DNA of 64,000 nt, from positions 23,727 through 87,726 of the forward strand of contig CAZPLU010000003.1 in assembly GCA_964587625.1 (NCBI GenBank), written 5' to 3'. Under the pieces are notes generated by a model that did not search any database, was not told the origin of the DNA, and was given only the letters and a program-made list of their open reading frames with translations. Every line of letters begins with the position of its first letter. Position 1 is the stretch's first letter. Source of the DNA: an uncultured Eubacteriales bacterium. Its GTDB lineage: Bacteria > Bacillota > Clostridia > Oscillospirales > JAKOTC01. Below, in pieces: positions 1-8,108 of this stretch. The translations under genes were made by a program, and so were the position numbers.

Positions 1-755
1 TCTGCGTCGCCACCCAACTGGTCGAGGCCGGCGTCGATTTTTCGTTCCAATGCGTAATCCGATTGATGGCAGGACTGGACAACTTGGTACAAACAATCGG
101 ACGTTGCAACAGAAGCTGGGAATATAAATACCTGTGCGACGTTTATTTGATCAATCTCAGCGAAGAAAACTTGGGCCCGCTGGCGGAAATCAAGCGCGCT
201 CAGGACGCGATGAGGAATACGCTGAACACCGTCGAGAAGCTGCCGGAGCAATACGGCAACCATCTGCTGTCAAGGGAATCCGTCGATTATTATTATCACT
301 GCCTGTATGCCGGACAAAAAGTCGGCGCGTTCGATTATCCCGTGAAAGACAGAGAGACCCTGTTTGAAATGCTGTCTAAAAACGAGGAATCCGTCCGGCA
401 GGCGAAAAACTCGGTTTGTAAATTTTTAAAACAGGCCTTTAAGACCGCCGGAGAAGAATTCGAGGTCTTTGGCGAGGCGACGACCGACGTGATCGTGCCG
501 TATAACGCAGAAGCCGAAAAACTGATTGCCGACTTATATTCCGAACGGGCGGAACATGATTTAAAATTCCTGAAAGCGTTGTTGGAAAAAGCCAAGCCCT
601 ACACCGTCGCGCTCTACGTGTACCAATTGAGAGAATTGGGAGAGGCGGGCGGTCTGCATGCCGCTCAGGGTAAACCGTTCATCACCGTTTTGCCGGGGTT
701 TTACAACCGGGACACCGGCGTCGGTATTGATATGATTATAACGGAAAGGAGTTGA
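1..755 (+). CDS. cas3: Cas3 helicase/nuclease, C-terminal part (5' end outside the window)
   Basis: The frame is open from nt 3 (CVATQLVEAGVDFSFQCVIRLMAGLDNLVQTIGRCNR...). This contains SF2 helicase motif VI (QxxGRxxR) followed by a C-terminal domain. It directly precedes cas5-cas8c-cas7-cas4-cas1-cas2. Confidence 0.8.
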   Translation, partial: CVATQLVEAGVDFSFQCVIRLMAGLDNLVQTIGRCNRSWEYKYLCDVYLINLSEENLGPLAEIKRAQDAMRNTLNTVEKLPEQYGNHLLSRESVDYYYHCLYAGQKVGAFDYPVKDRETLFEMLSKNEESVRQAKNSVCKFLKQAFKTAGEEFEVFGEATTDVIVPYNAEAEKLIADLYSERAEHDLKFLKALLEKAKPYTVALYVYQLRELGEAGGLHAAQGKPFITVLPGFYNRDTGVGIDMIITERS

Positions 756-759
756 GCGG

Positions 760-1482
760 ATGCATGACAACATCGTGACGTTTGAGGCGTACGGCGACTG
801 GGCGCTGTTTTCCGATCCGATCACCCGCGTCGGGGGCGAGAAGTGTTCTTATCAAGTGCCGACTTACGAGGCGTTGAAGGGGATTCTTCACTCGGTCTAT
901 TGGAAACCCACTTTTACATGGGTAATCGACGCGGTTCGGATCATGAACAAGATCCAGACCGAGACCAAGGGAATCCGGCCGATCAAGTATAACGGCGGAA
1001 ACGACCTGTCGTATTACACCTATCTCAAGGACTGCCGCTACCAGGTCAGGGCGCATTTCGTCTGGAACGAGAACCGCCCGGAACTGGCGGCCGACCGCGA
1101 TGAAAACAAGCACCACAACGTCGCAAAACGCAAAATCGAAAAAGGGGGAAACCGGGATGTGTTCTTGGGCAGCCGGGAGTGTCAGGGGTATGTCGAACCG
1201 TGCGAATTCGGAAGCGGCGAAAGTTATTATCAGGGCAAGCCCGAAATGTCTTTCGGCCTGACGTACCACGGCATCACCTATGCCGACGAGGCCTATGACG
1301 AAAAAACTGCGGGTCAGATGACCGTACGGTTCTGGTATCCGGTGATGAGAGACGGCGTGATCGAATTTGTCAAACCGCAGGACTGTCCGGTCGTCAGGCC
1401 TGCCAGGGAGATGGAAATCAAACCGTTCGGAGAAGAATGCGGGAATTTTACCCCGCTGTCCGAGACAGGGGAGGCGAATTGA
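760..1482 (+). CDS. cas5: Cas5c/Cas5d (type I-C Cas5, pre-crRNA endoribonuclease family)
   Basis: The N-terminus MHDNIVTFEAYGDWALFSDPITRVGGEKCSYQVPTYEALKGILHSVYWKP is typical of Cas5d. It lies between cas3 and cas8c. Confidence 0.9.
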   Translation: MHDNIVTFEAYGDWALFSDPITRVGGEKCSYQVPTYEALKGILHSVYWKPTFTWVIDAVRIMNKIQTETKGIRPIKYNGGNDLSYYTYLKDCRYQVRAHFVWNENRPELAADRDENKHHNVAKRKIEKGGNRDVFLGSRECQGYVEPCEFGSGESYYQGKPEMSFGLTYHGITYADEAYDEKTAGQMTVRFWYPVMRDGVIEFVKPQDCPVVRPAREMEIKPFGEECGNFTPLSETGEAN

Positions 1483-1483
1483 G

Positions 1484-3523
1484 ATGGGCTGGATGCAGAG
1501 ATGTCTTGAGACCTATGAAAACAACGCCCATATGGTCGGGAAAATCGTCGAAGGCAAAGAGCCCCTCGCGCCGATGTTCTTCATCACGCAGAAGGCGCAG
1601 ATCGAGGTCACGCTGACCGAGGAAGGGCGGTTTTACGGCGCCGCGCGGGTTTCAAAAGAGGACGAGAGAACCTTGATTCCCGCAACTGAGGATTCAGGAA
1701 GCCGGAGCAGCAATACCGCCGCCCACCCTTTGTGCGATCAATTGCAATATATCGCATTGGGAAACGAGACCTATTCCGGTTGCAAAGCGTATCATGAGAA
1801 ATATGAGAAGTATTTGCAAGAATTGGCCGCGTGGGCGCAATCTCCGCAATCGCATTATATCGTTTGGGCGGTTTACCGGTATTGTCTCGGCGGGACGATG
1901 ATTTCCGATCTGACGGCTGCGAAGATCATAACGGTCGATGAAACCGGCAAGCTGCGCGCGGATAAGATCAACGGGGCGGAATACGAAAAATGTTTGGTGC
2001 GTTGGCGGGTACTGAAAGCCGGATATACCGGCGGGGCGGCTTGGATCGACGAAACGCTTTTTGAAGCTTATCGGGATTATCGTTTTGCGCAGGCGGATCA
2101 CATCGAAAAAACCGTATGCTATGTCAAAGGCGAACTTGCGACTCCGGCTAAAAAGCATCCGAAGGGAACCATCCGAAATACTTACGGAGCCATTTTGATT
2201 TCGGCGAACGACAGTGAAAATTTCACTTATCGCGGTCGGTTCGACACCCCGGAGCAGGCCTATTCGGTGGGTTTGGAAACTACGCAGAAAGCCCACGCCG
2301 CGCTGCGCTGGCTGGTGGAAAATCAAGGCGCGAATTACGGCGGTAGGACTTTTATCTGTTTTAACCCCAAGGGCAAGGAAGTGCCGAAGCCGGATCCCGG
2401 AAGCATGGACGAGGGCGTCGAGGACGATCCGCAGACCGCTCCGCTGACGATGCCGGAATATCAAAAGAAAATCGAAAAAGCGTTAGCCGGATACCGCGAG
2501 GATTTGGGGGATAACGAGGACGTCGTGTTGATCTCGCTCGACGCGGCGACGACCGGGCGGCTGTCGGTCACCTATTACAACGAGTTGAAATCGTCGGATT
2601 TCCTCGACCGGCTGCAAAACTGGTACAAAAGTTGCTGCTGGTACCGGACGCGGTTTACCCCCGAAAAAAAACCGTACTTTGAAATTTACACGCCGGGCGC
2701 CAAATCCATCGTCAACGCGGCGTTCGGAACCGAACAGGGCGGGTTGCTGAAGTCCGACGACAAGGTGGTGCGCGAGCAGGCGCAGCGGCTTTTGCACTGC
2801 GTGATCGACGAGCAGCCGGTGCCGTATGACATCGTGCGCGCGCTGGTTCACCGCGCTTCAATGCCGCAAGCATATCACCGCAAAAATCACAATAGAGTTC
2901 TTTCGATAACTTGCGCGTTATTGCGAAAATATCGAAACGATAAAAGTAAAGGAGATGAAGAGACTTTGCAACTTGATTATAATAAAACAGAGCGGAGTTA
3001 TTTGTTTGGCAGGTTGCTGGCGGTCGCAGAGGAAGCGGAATATCGTACTTACACGAAAAAGGAAAAAAAGCAACGACAAACAAATGCCGTTAAAATCTGG
3101 TCAGCATTCGTGCGCCACCCCTTTTACAGTTGGGAATTATTAAAAAGATCTTTAAATCCATATTATGCGAAATTAAGATATGGAACAAGATTGCACTACG
3201 AAAAAATTATCAAAGAAATAGTTTCCAAATTCAGGGATGAAGATGAAGATAAATTAAACAGACCACTAGATGAAATCTATCTTCTTGGTTATTACTTGCA
3301 AAAAATCGAACTGAACAAAAATCCAACCAATTCAGAAAAGGTTCCAAATAAAACATTAAAAAAAGACAACGAAGACAACGAAAACAACGAGGGTAACGAA
3401 GACAACGAGGGTAACGAAGACAATGAAGATGACGAAGATGACGAAGATGACGAAGATGACGAAGATAACGAGGGTAACGAAGACAATGAAGATGACAAGG
3501 ATGACGAAGACAACGAGGATTGA
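1484..3523 (+). CDS. cas8c: Cas8c (Csd1) large subunit, 679 aa, with an atypical polyacidic C-terminal tail
   Basis: ATG 1484 lies 2 nt after the cas5 stop; the longer track ORF from 1367 overlaps cas5. Size and position between cas5 and cas7 fit Cas8c. The C-terminal helical region (LDYNKTERSYLFGRLLAVAEEAEY...LLGYYLQK) resembles the small-subunit-like domain of Cas8c. Confidence 0.85.
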   Translation: MGWMQRCLETYENNAHMVGKIVEGKEPLAPMFFITQKAQIEVTLTEEGRFYGAARVSKEDERTLIPATEDSGSRSSNTAAHPLCDQLQYIALGNETYSGCKAYHEKYEKYLQELAAWAQSPQSHYIVWAVYRYCLGGTMISDLTAAKIITVDETGKLRADKINGAEYEKCLVRWRVLKAGYTGGAAWIDETLFEAYRDYRFAQADHIEKTVCYVKGELATPAKKHPKGTIRNTYGAILISANDSENFTYRGRFDTPEQAYSVGLETTQKAHAALRWLVENQGANYGGRTFICFNPKGKEVPKPDPGSMDEGVEDDPQTAPLTMPEYQKKIEKALAGYREDLGDNEDVVLISLDAATTGRLSVTYYNELKSSDFLDRLQNWYKSCCWYRTRFTPEKKPYFEIYTPGAKSIVNAAFGTEQGGLLKSDDKVVREQAQRLLHCVIDEQPVPYDIVRALVHRASMPQAYHRKNHNRVLSITCALLRKYRNDKSKGDEETLQLDYNKTERSYLFGRLLAVAEEAEYRTYTKKEKKQRQTNAVKIWSAFVRHPFYSWELLKRSLNPYYAKLRYGTRLHYEKIIKEIVSKFRDEDEDKLNRPLDEIYLLGYYLQKIELNKNPTNSEKVPNKTLKKDNEDNENNEGNEDNEGNEDNEDDEDDEDDEDDEDNEGNEDNEDDKDDEDNED

Positions 3524-3564
3524 ATTCTTGGTTCTATACTGAAAAAAATGAGGAGGAAAACATC

Positions 3565-4467
3565 ATGTCAATTAAAAACAAAATCGATTTCGTTCTGTTC
3601 GTCTCGGCGACGAACGCCAATCCCAACGGCGATCCGCTCGATGGTAATCGCCCGCGTATCAATTACGGAGGTTACGGCGAAATATCGGATGTCTGCATCA
3701 AACGAAAAATTCGAAACCGTATGCAAGAACTTGGAAAACCGATTTTTGTGCAGTCGGAAGATCGTGTTGATGATAAATGTAAAAGTTTAAAAGAACGTGC
3801 CGAAAGAAACGAAACACTCAACATAGAGATTAAAAAAGGGGCAAAATTGGATAAAGAAAAATGTGCTGAAATCGCATGTGGGTTGTGGATAGACGTAAGA
3901 ACTTTCGGCCAAGTCTTTCCGTTCAGCGTTGAAAAGAAAAATAAAAAAACAGGAGAAACCGAAAAAGATAAAGGTAAAGGGGTTTCTGTCGGTGTGCGTG
4001 GGCCTGTGACAATCCATCAGGGAATAAGCGTCTCTCCAATCGTGATTCAAGATATGAAAATCACGAAAAGTGTGAACAGTGAGTCAGAAGGAAAAAAAGG
4101 ACGCGATACCATGGGAAATAAACCCTTTATCGACTTCGGGCTTTATAAAATTAAGGGCTCGGTCAATGTCCAGCTGGCGGAAAAGACCGGTTTCGACGAC
4201 GAGGACGCAAAAACGCTCAAGGAGTGTCTGCGCACACTGTTTGTCAACGACGCTTCTTCGGCGCGACCCGAGGGCTCGATGGAGGTCTGCAAGCTCTATT
4301 GGTGGCAACATAACTGCCGCGACGGGCAATATTCCTCCGCGAAAGTCCATCAATCGATCAACGCAATCTTGAAAGAGGGAATCGAAATCCCGAATTCGTT
4401 CGGCGATTATACTGTCAAAATCGAAGAGTTATCCGGATTAACGCCGGAAATCATAGATGGCATATAA
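3565..4467 (+). CDS. cas7: Cas7c (Csd2) backbone subunit
   Basis: MSIKNKIDFVLFVSATNANPNGDPLDGNRPR and VRGPVTIHQG motifs. AGGAGG lies 8 nt upstream of ATG 3565; the track ORF start at 3520 has no RBS. Confidence 0.9.
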   Translation: MSIKNKIDFVLFVSATNANPNGDPLDGNRPRINYGGYGEISDVCIKRKIRNRMQELGKPIFVQSEDRVDDKCKSLKERAERNETLNIEIKKGAKLDKEKCAEIACGLWIDVRTFGQVFPFSVEKKNKKTGETEKDKGKGVSVGVRGPVTIHQGISVSPIVIQDMKITKSVNSESEGKKGRDTMGNKPFIDFGLYKIKGSVNVQLAEKTGFDDEDAKTLKECLRTLFVNDASSARPEGSMEVCKLYWWQHNCRDGQYSSAKVHQSINAILKEGIEIPNSFGDYTVKIEELSGLTPEIIDGI

Positions 4468-5125
4468 CGAAGACGACTTCTTGCAGCTCTCCGGCGTTCA
4501 ACACTTCGCTTTCTGCCGCCGCCAGTGGGCGCTGATCCACATCGAACAGCAATGGGGCGAAAACCTGCGGACGGCCGAGGGCGAGTTGCTGCACCAAAAC
4601 GCCCATGACAATTACCGCACCGAATCCCGGGGAGATGTGATCATCTCCCGCGGGATGCCGGTGTTTTCGCGTACGCTCGGGGCGAACGGCGCATGCGATA
4701 TCGTGGAATTCCGCCGGTGCGAAAACGGGATTACACTCCACGGAAAACCGGGGGCTTTCGAGGTCTATCCAGTCGAATATAAGCGCGGCAAGCCCAAAGA
4801 CACCGATATTGACATCCTTCAGCTCGCCGCGCAAGCGATCTGCCTTGAAGAGATGCTGGTCTGCGAGATACCGTGCGGGGCGGTGTATTACGGCGAGACC
4901 AGGCACCGCTTAAGAGTCGAACTGACCGGTGAGCTGAAAGAAAAAGTGCGGTCGTGCTTTAAAGAAATGCACGAATATTTCAAACGGGGATATACCCCTT
5001 GCCCGAGACCATCAAAGAGCTGCAACGCCTGCTCGTTGAAAGACCTCTGCCTTCCGCGGCTCGCCAAAACTTGTTCCGCGAAAACTTACAATGCCGAAAA
5101 CCTCGGAACGGGGGAGATGACTTGA
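4457..5125 (+). CDS. cas4: Cas4 (RecB-like exonuclease with Fe-S cysteines)
   Basis: GVQHFAFCRRQWALIHIEQQW, YPVEYKRGKPK and a C-terminal SCNACSLKDLC cysteine cluster. It overlaps the cas7 end and the cas1 start. Confidence 0.9.
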   Translation: MAYNEDDFLQLSGVQHFAFCRRQWALIHIEQQWGENLRTAEGELLHQNAHDNYRTESRGDVIISRGMPVFSRTLGANGACDIVEFRRCENGITLHGKPGAFEVYPVEYKRGKPKDTDIDILQLAAQAICLEEMLVCEIPCGAVYYGETRHRLRVELTGELKEKVRSCFKEMHEYFKRGYTPCPRPSKSCNACSLKDLCLPRLAKTCSAKTYNAENLGTGEMT

Positions 5126-6153
5126 AAAAACTGTTGAATACGCTGTATGTCACCTCCGAAGACGCCTATCTCTCGTTGGACGGCGAGAATGTGGTGATTT
5201 TATCTGGAGAGGAGACGAGAGGCCGTTTTCCGCTTCACACGCTTGAGGGGATCGTCACATTCGGTTATACAGGAGCAAGCCCGGCGCTGATGGGAAAATG
5301 CGCCGAAATGAACAAACCGCTCGTCTTTATGAGAACGAACGGCAGATTCTTGGCACGTGTAGTCGGAAAACAATATGGGAATGTTCTGCTTCGGATGGCG
5401 CAGCACGCCTGCTTCAACGAAAAAACGGATGCTTTTCATATCGCCAAAAACATCATTTCCGCCAAGCTGACGAACAGCGCCGCGGTATTGCGCCGAGCAG
5501 TCAGTGATCATGAAATTCGGCTGGATGCCACGGCAATTTCCGAAAAGGCCGCTTTTTTGAAAAACAACTCCTTAAGAGCGTACAAAGCCGTTGATTTCGC
5601 CTCGCTGCGCGGTCTGGAAGGGGAGAGCGCGAATCAGTATTTTTCGGTGTTCGACCAGTTGATTTTACAACAGAAGGATGATTTCCAATATAACGGGAGA
5701 AGCCGCAGACCGCCGATGGATCCGGTGAACGCCATGTTGTCTTTCGGGTATTCTCTGCTGACATCGATGTGTACAAACGCGCTTGAGGCGGTGGGGCTGG
5801 ATCCTTACATCGGGATTTTCCATACCGAACGTCCCGGCAGATGCTCACTTTCGTTAGATTTGGCGGAGGAATTCCGAGCGGCGTTTGTCGACCGTTTTAT
5901 ATTATCCCTGATTAATATGAAAATGGTATCTTACAAATCGTTTTTGAAAGAAAACGACGGCGCAGTGCTTTTGACCGATGACGCGCGAAAAGATTTTCTC
6001 ACCGCGTGGCAGAGGAAAAAGCAAGAAGAATTGATTCACCCTTACCTCGGCGAAAAAGCGGCGTGGGGTCTGATGCCGCATATTCAGGCGATGCTTCTCG
6101 CCAGATTTTTGCGCGGTGACATCGATGATTACCCGCCGTTTATATGGAAATGA
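5122..6153 (+). CDS. cas1: Cas1 integrase
   Basis: In-frame TTG at 5122 overlaps the cas4 stop (TTGA). LNTLYVTSEDAYLSLDGENVVI, NAMLSFGYSLL and GIFHTERPGRCSLSLDLAEEFR are Cas1 hallmarks. Confidence 0.9.
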   Translation: MKKLLNTLYVTSEDAYLSLDGENVVILSGEETRGRFPLHTLEGIVTFGYTGASPALMGKCAEMNKPLVFMRTNGRFLARVVGKQYGNVLLRMAQHACFNEKTDAFHIAKNIISAKLTNSAAVLRRAVSDHEIRLDATAISEKAAFLKNNSLRAYKAVDFASLRGLEGESANQYFSVFDQLILQQKDDFQYNGRSRRPPMDPVNAMLSFGYSLLTSMCTNALEAVGLDPYIGIFHTERPGRCSLSLDLAEEFRAAFVDRFILSLINMKMVSYKSFLKENDGAVLLTDDARKDFLTAWQRKKQEELIHPYLGEKAAWGLMPHIQAMLLARFLRGDIDDYPPFIWK

Positions 6154-6211
6154 TTGTTTTCGTGAAAAACTCGGGAAAACCATTCTGCTTTTACGAAAGG
6201 ACGGTCGTATT

Positions 6212-6502
6212 ATGCTCATTTTAATTACATATGACGTCAATACCGAAACCGCTGCGGGTCGAAAACGACTGCGTAAAGTTGCCGATATCTGCGTGGATTA
6301 CGGACAACGGGTTCAAAATTCCGTTTTTGAATGCCTTTCGGATCCCGCCCAGTTGTGTAGGATAAAAGCGAAATTGGTTGGCGTTATCGATCCGCAGAAG
6401 GACAGTTTACGTTTTTATAACCTCGGAAAAAATTATGCTTCAAGAATCGAACACATCGGCGCAAAAAAGGCATATGATCCCCAAGATCCGATGATTGTGT
6501 GA
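6212..6502 (+). CDS. cas2: Cas2
   Basis: MLILITYDVNTETAAGRKRLRKVADICVDYGQRVQNSVFEC. The 96-aa size is typical. The track ORF from 6116 adds an implausible N-terminal extension. Confidence 0.9.
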   Translation: MLILITYDVNTETAAGRKRLRKVADICVDYGQRVQNSVFECLSDPAQLCRIKAKLVGVIDPQKDSLRFYNLGKNYASRIEHIGAKKAYDPQDPMIV

Positions 6503-6670
6503 GTGCGAAAATGAAGCGCACATAAAATAGCGGGGGATTCGCACCGAAAAACATTGCTTTTATCGACCGTTTAAGTTATCTTAATGATATACAGCACGAT
6601 TTTCGCTTAGGCGTTTGTGCAGTATTTACATGTTTTGACGAAATGGGTATATAAAAATATCTGTTTCGCA
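6503..6670 (+). promoter_or_regulatory. CRISPR leader
   Basis: A 168-nt non-coding, AT-richer stretch lies between the cas2 stop and the first repeat. It contains TTGACG at 6635-6640, but I could not place a convincing -10 element. Confidence 0.5.
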
Positions 6671-6908
6671 GTCGCTCCCTCCTGCAGGGAGCGTGGATTG
6701 AAATACCTCGTTTTGTCATTCTGAGCCGGGGGACGCCGCGTCGCTCCCTCCTGCAGGGAGCGTGGATTGAAATGGACTGCGCGTTGGACAACGCGGGGCG
6801 CTGTATGTCGCTCCCTCCTGCAGGGAGCGTGGATTGAAATGCCTGTACTTCTGACGTCGGCTTGCTCTTGCCTTGTCCCGCTCCGATTGGAGCGGGAGGG
6901 TTTTATAT
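6671..6908 (+). CRISPR. Type I-C CRISPR array: 3 perfect repeats, 1 degenerate terminal repeat, 3 spacers
   Basis: The 34-nt repeat GTCGCTCCCTCCTGCAGGGAGCGTGGATTGAAAT occurs at 6671-6704, 6740-6773 and 6807-6840. Spacers lie at 6705-6739 (35 nt), 6774-6806 (33 nt) and 6841-6874 (34 nt). The degenerate repeat GTCCCGCTCCGATTGGAGCGGGAGGGTTTTATAT lies at 6875-6908. The ...GGATTGAAAT 3' end is typical of I-C repeats. Confidence 0.9.
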
Positions 6909-7005
6909 TAAAAACGTCCGCGCTTTTATAGCTTGGTCTCGGCTTTTTTCACATTGACAAAATGACATTGGTTATAGTAAAATTCCAACGAAGGCGGGTG
7001 AGGGG

Positions 7006-7440
7006 TTGCGCGGAAAATTTGTGGCGAAAAATCAAAAAGAGACCGAAGCGCTGGCGCAAGAGTTCGCCGATGAACTGCGCGGCGGCGAAGTGATCGCTTT
7101 TTTCGGTGATCTCGGCAGCGGCAAAACCACTTTTACCTCGGCGCTTGCGAGAGCGCTCGGCTGCCCCGAGACGGTCACCAGCCCGACTTTTGTGATCATG
7201 AACCGGTATGAGGGGCGGCTGGTCGTCAACCATTTCGATATGTACCGCGTCAACGATTTCGACGGCTTTTATTCCACCGGTTATTTCGATGTCGCCGGTC
7301 AGCCGGATTCGGTGACGCTGATCGAGTGGAGCGAAAACATCATCGATTTCATCCCGCCGCCGTCCCATCAAATACGCATCTCGCGGGGCGCGGCGCCCGA
7401 CGAACGAATTTTTGAATTTTCGGAGGGGGAAAAAGCATGA
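7006..7440 (+). CDS. tsaE: tRNA t6A37 biosynthesis ATPase TsaE (YjeE)
   Basis: Walker A GDLGSGKTTF plus SPTFVIMNRYEG. TTG start. ATGA overlap with tsaB. Confidence 0.85.
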   Translation: MRGKFVAKNQKETEALAQEFADELRGGEVIAFFGDLGSGKTTFTSALARALGCPETVTSPTFVIMNRYEGRLVVNHFDMYRVNDFDGFYSTGYFDVAGQPDSVTLIEWSENIIDFIPPPSHQIRISRGAAPDERIFEFSEGEKA

Positions 7441-8105
7441 AAATCCTTGCGATCGACTCCTCCACCTCCACCGCGGCGGTCGGGATCGGCGAAAACGGCA
7501 AGACGTTGATTTCAAGATTTACGAATAACGGACTGACGCATTCCCAGACCCTGATGCCGATGGTCGCCGAATGTCTTGCCGAGTGCGGTTTGACGATGAA
7601 GCAGATCGGCGCAGTTGCGGTCACGGTCGGCCCCGGCTCGTTTACGGGGGTGCGCATCGGGATCAGCACGGCGAAAGGGCTTGCGATGGGCGCGGACATC
7701 GGCGTGATCCCGGTGTCGTCGCTGGCGGCGTTGGCAGAAAACGGGGCGGGGGGAAAAACGCTGCTCTGCCCGGTCTTCGACGCCCGCTGCGGGCAGGTGT
7801 ATAACGCGCTTTTCGACGGTTCAAAGCGGCTGACGCCGCAGCGGTTGACGCCCGACCGGGCATTGACCATCGTCCAGCTGCGCGATGAACTCGCGGGGAA
7901 ACCGGTATTGTTATTCGGCGACGGTGCAAAACTCTGCGCGGAGCAAATTCCGGACGCCGTTCTCGCGCCCGAGGAAAAGCGCCATATCATCGCCGTCGGC
8001 ATTTTAACCGCCGCGCAAAAAGAAAAACCCGTTGATTTTGAAAACATCAAACCTGTCTATCTCCGCATGTCGCAGGCGGAAAGAGAACGCGAAGGGAGAC
8101 AATAA
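7437..8105 (+). CDS. tsaB: tRNA t6A37 biosynthesis protein TsaB (YeaZ)
   Basis: MKILAIDSSTSTAAVGIGENGK... and GPGSFTGVRIGISTAKG. Confidence 0.85.
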   Translation: MKILAIDSSTSTAAVGIGENGKTLISRFTNNGLTHSQTLMPMVAECLAECGLTMKQIGAVAVTVGPGSFTGVRIGISTAKGLAMGADIGVIPVSSLAALAENGAGGKTLLCPVFDARCGQVYNALFDGSKRLTPQRLTPDRALTIVQLRDELAGKPVLLFGDGAKLCAEQIPDAVLAPEEKRHIIAVGILTAAQKEKPVDFENIKPVYLRMSQAEREREGRQ

Positions 8106-8108
8106 AAA

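Noticed and set aside
1367-1483. Upstream extension of cas8c given by the ORF track (start 1367).
   Set aside because: It overlaps the last 116 nt of cas5 in another frame and is Arg/Ser-rich. ATG 1484, directly after the cas5 stop, gives the family-like N-terminus MGWMQRCLETYENN.
3292-3513. Minus-strand 73-aa poly-Ser/Leu ORF.
   Set aside because: It is the reverse-complement reading of the GAT/GAA/AAC repeats that encode the Cas8c acidic tail, so it is not an independent gene.
6705-6739. Possible self-targeting of CRISPR spacer 1 against 48985-49000.
   Set aside because: Only about 14 of 15 contiguous nucleotides match (TTGTCATYCTGAGC) and the flanks diverge completely. This is far below what type I-C interference or priming would need.
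6576-6791. Minus-strand 71-aa ORF across the leader and first CRISPR repeats.
   Set aside because: It runs through the repeats (the peptide ISIHAPCRRER recurs because of repeat translation), so it is an array artefact.
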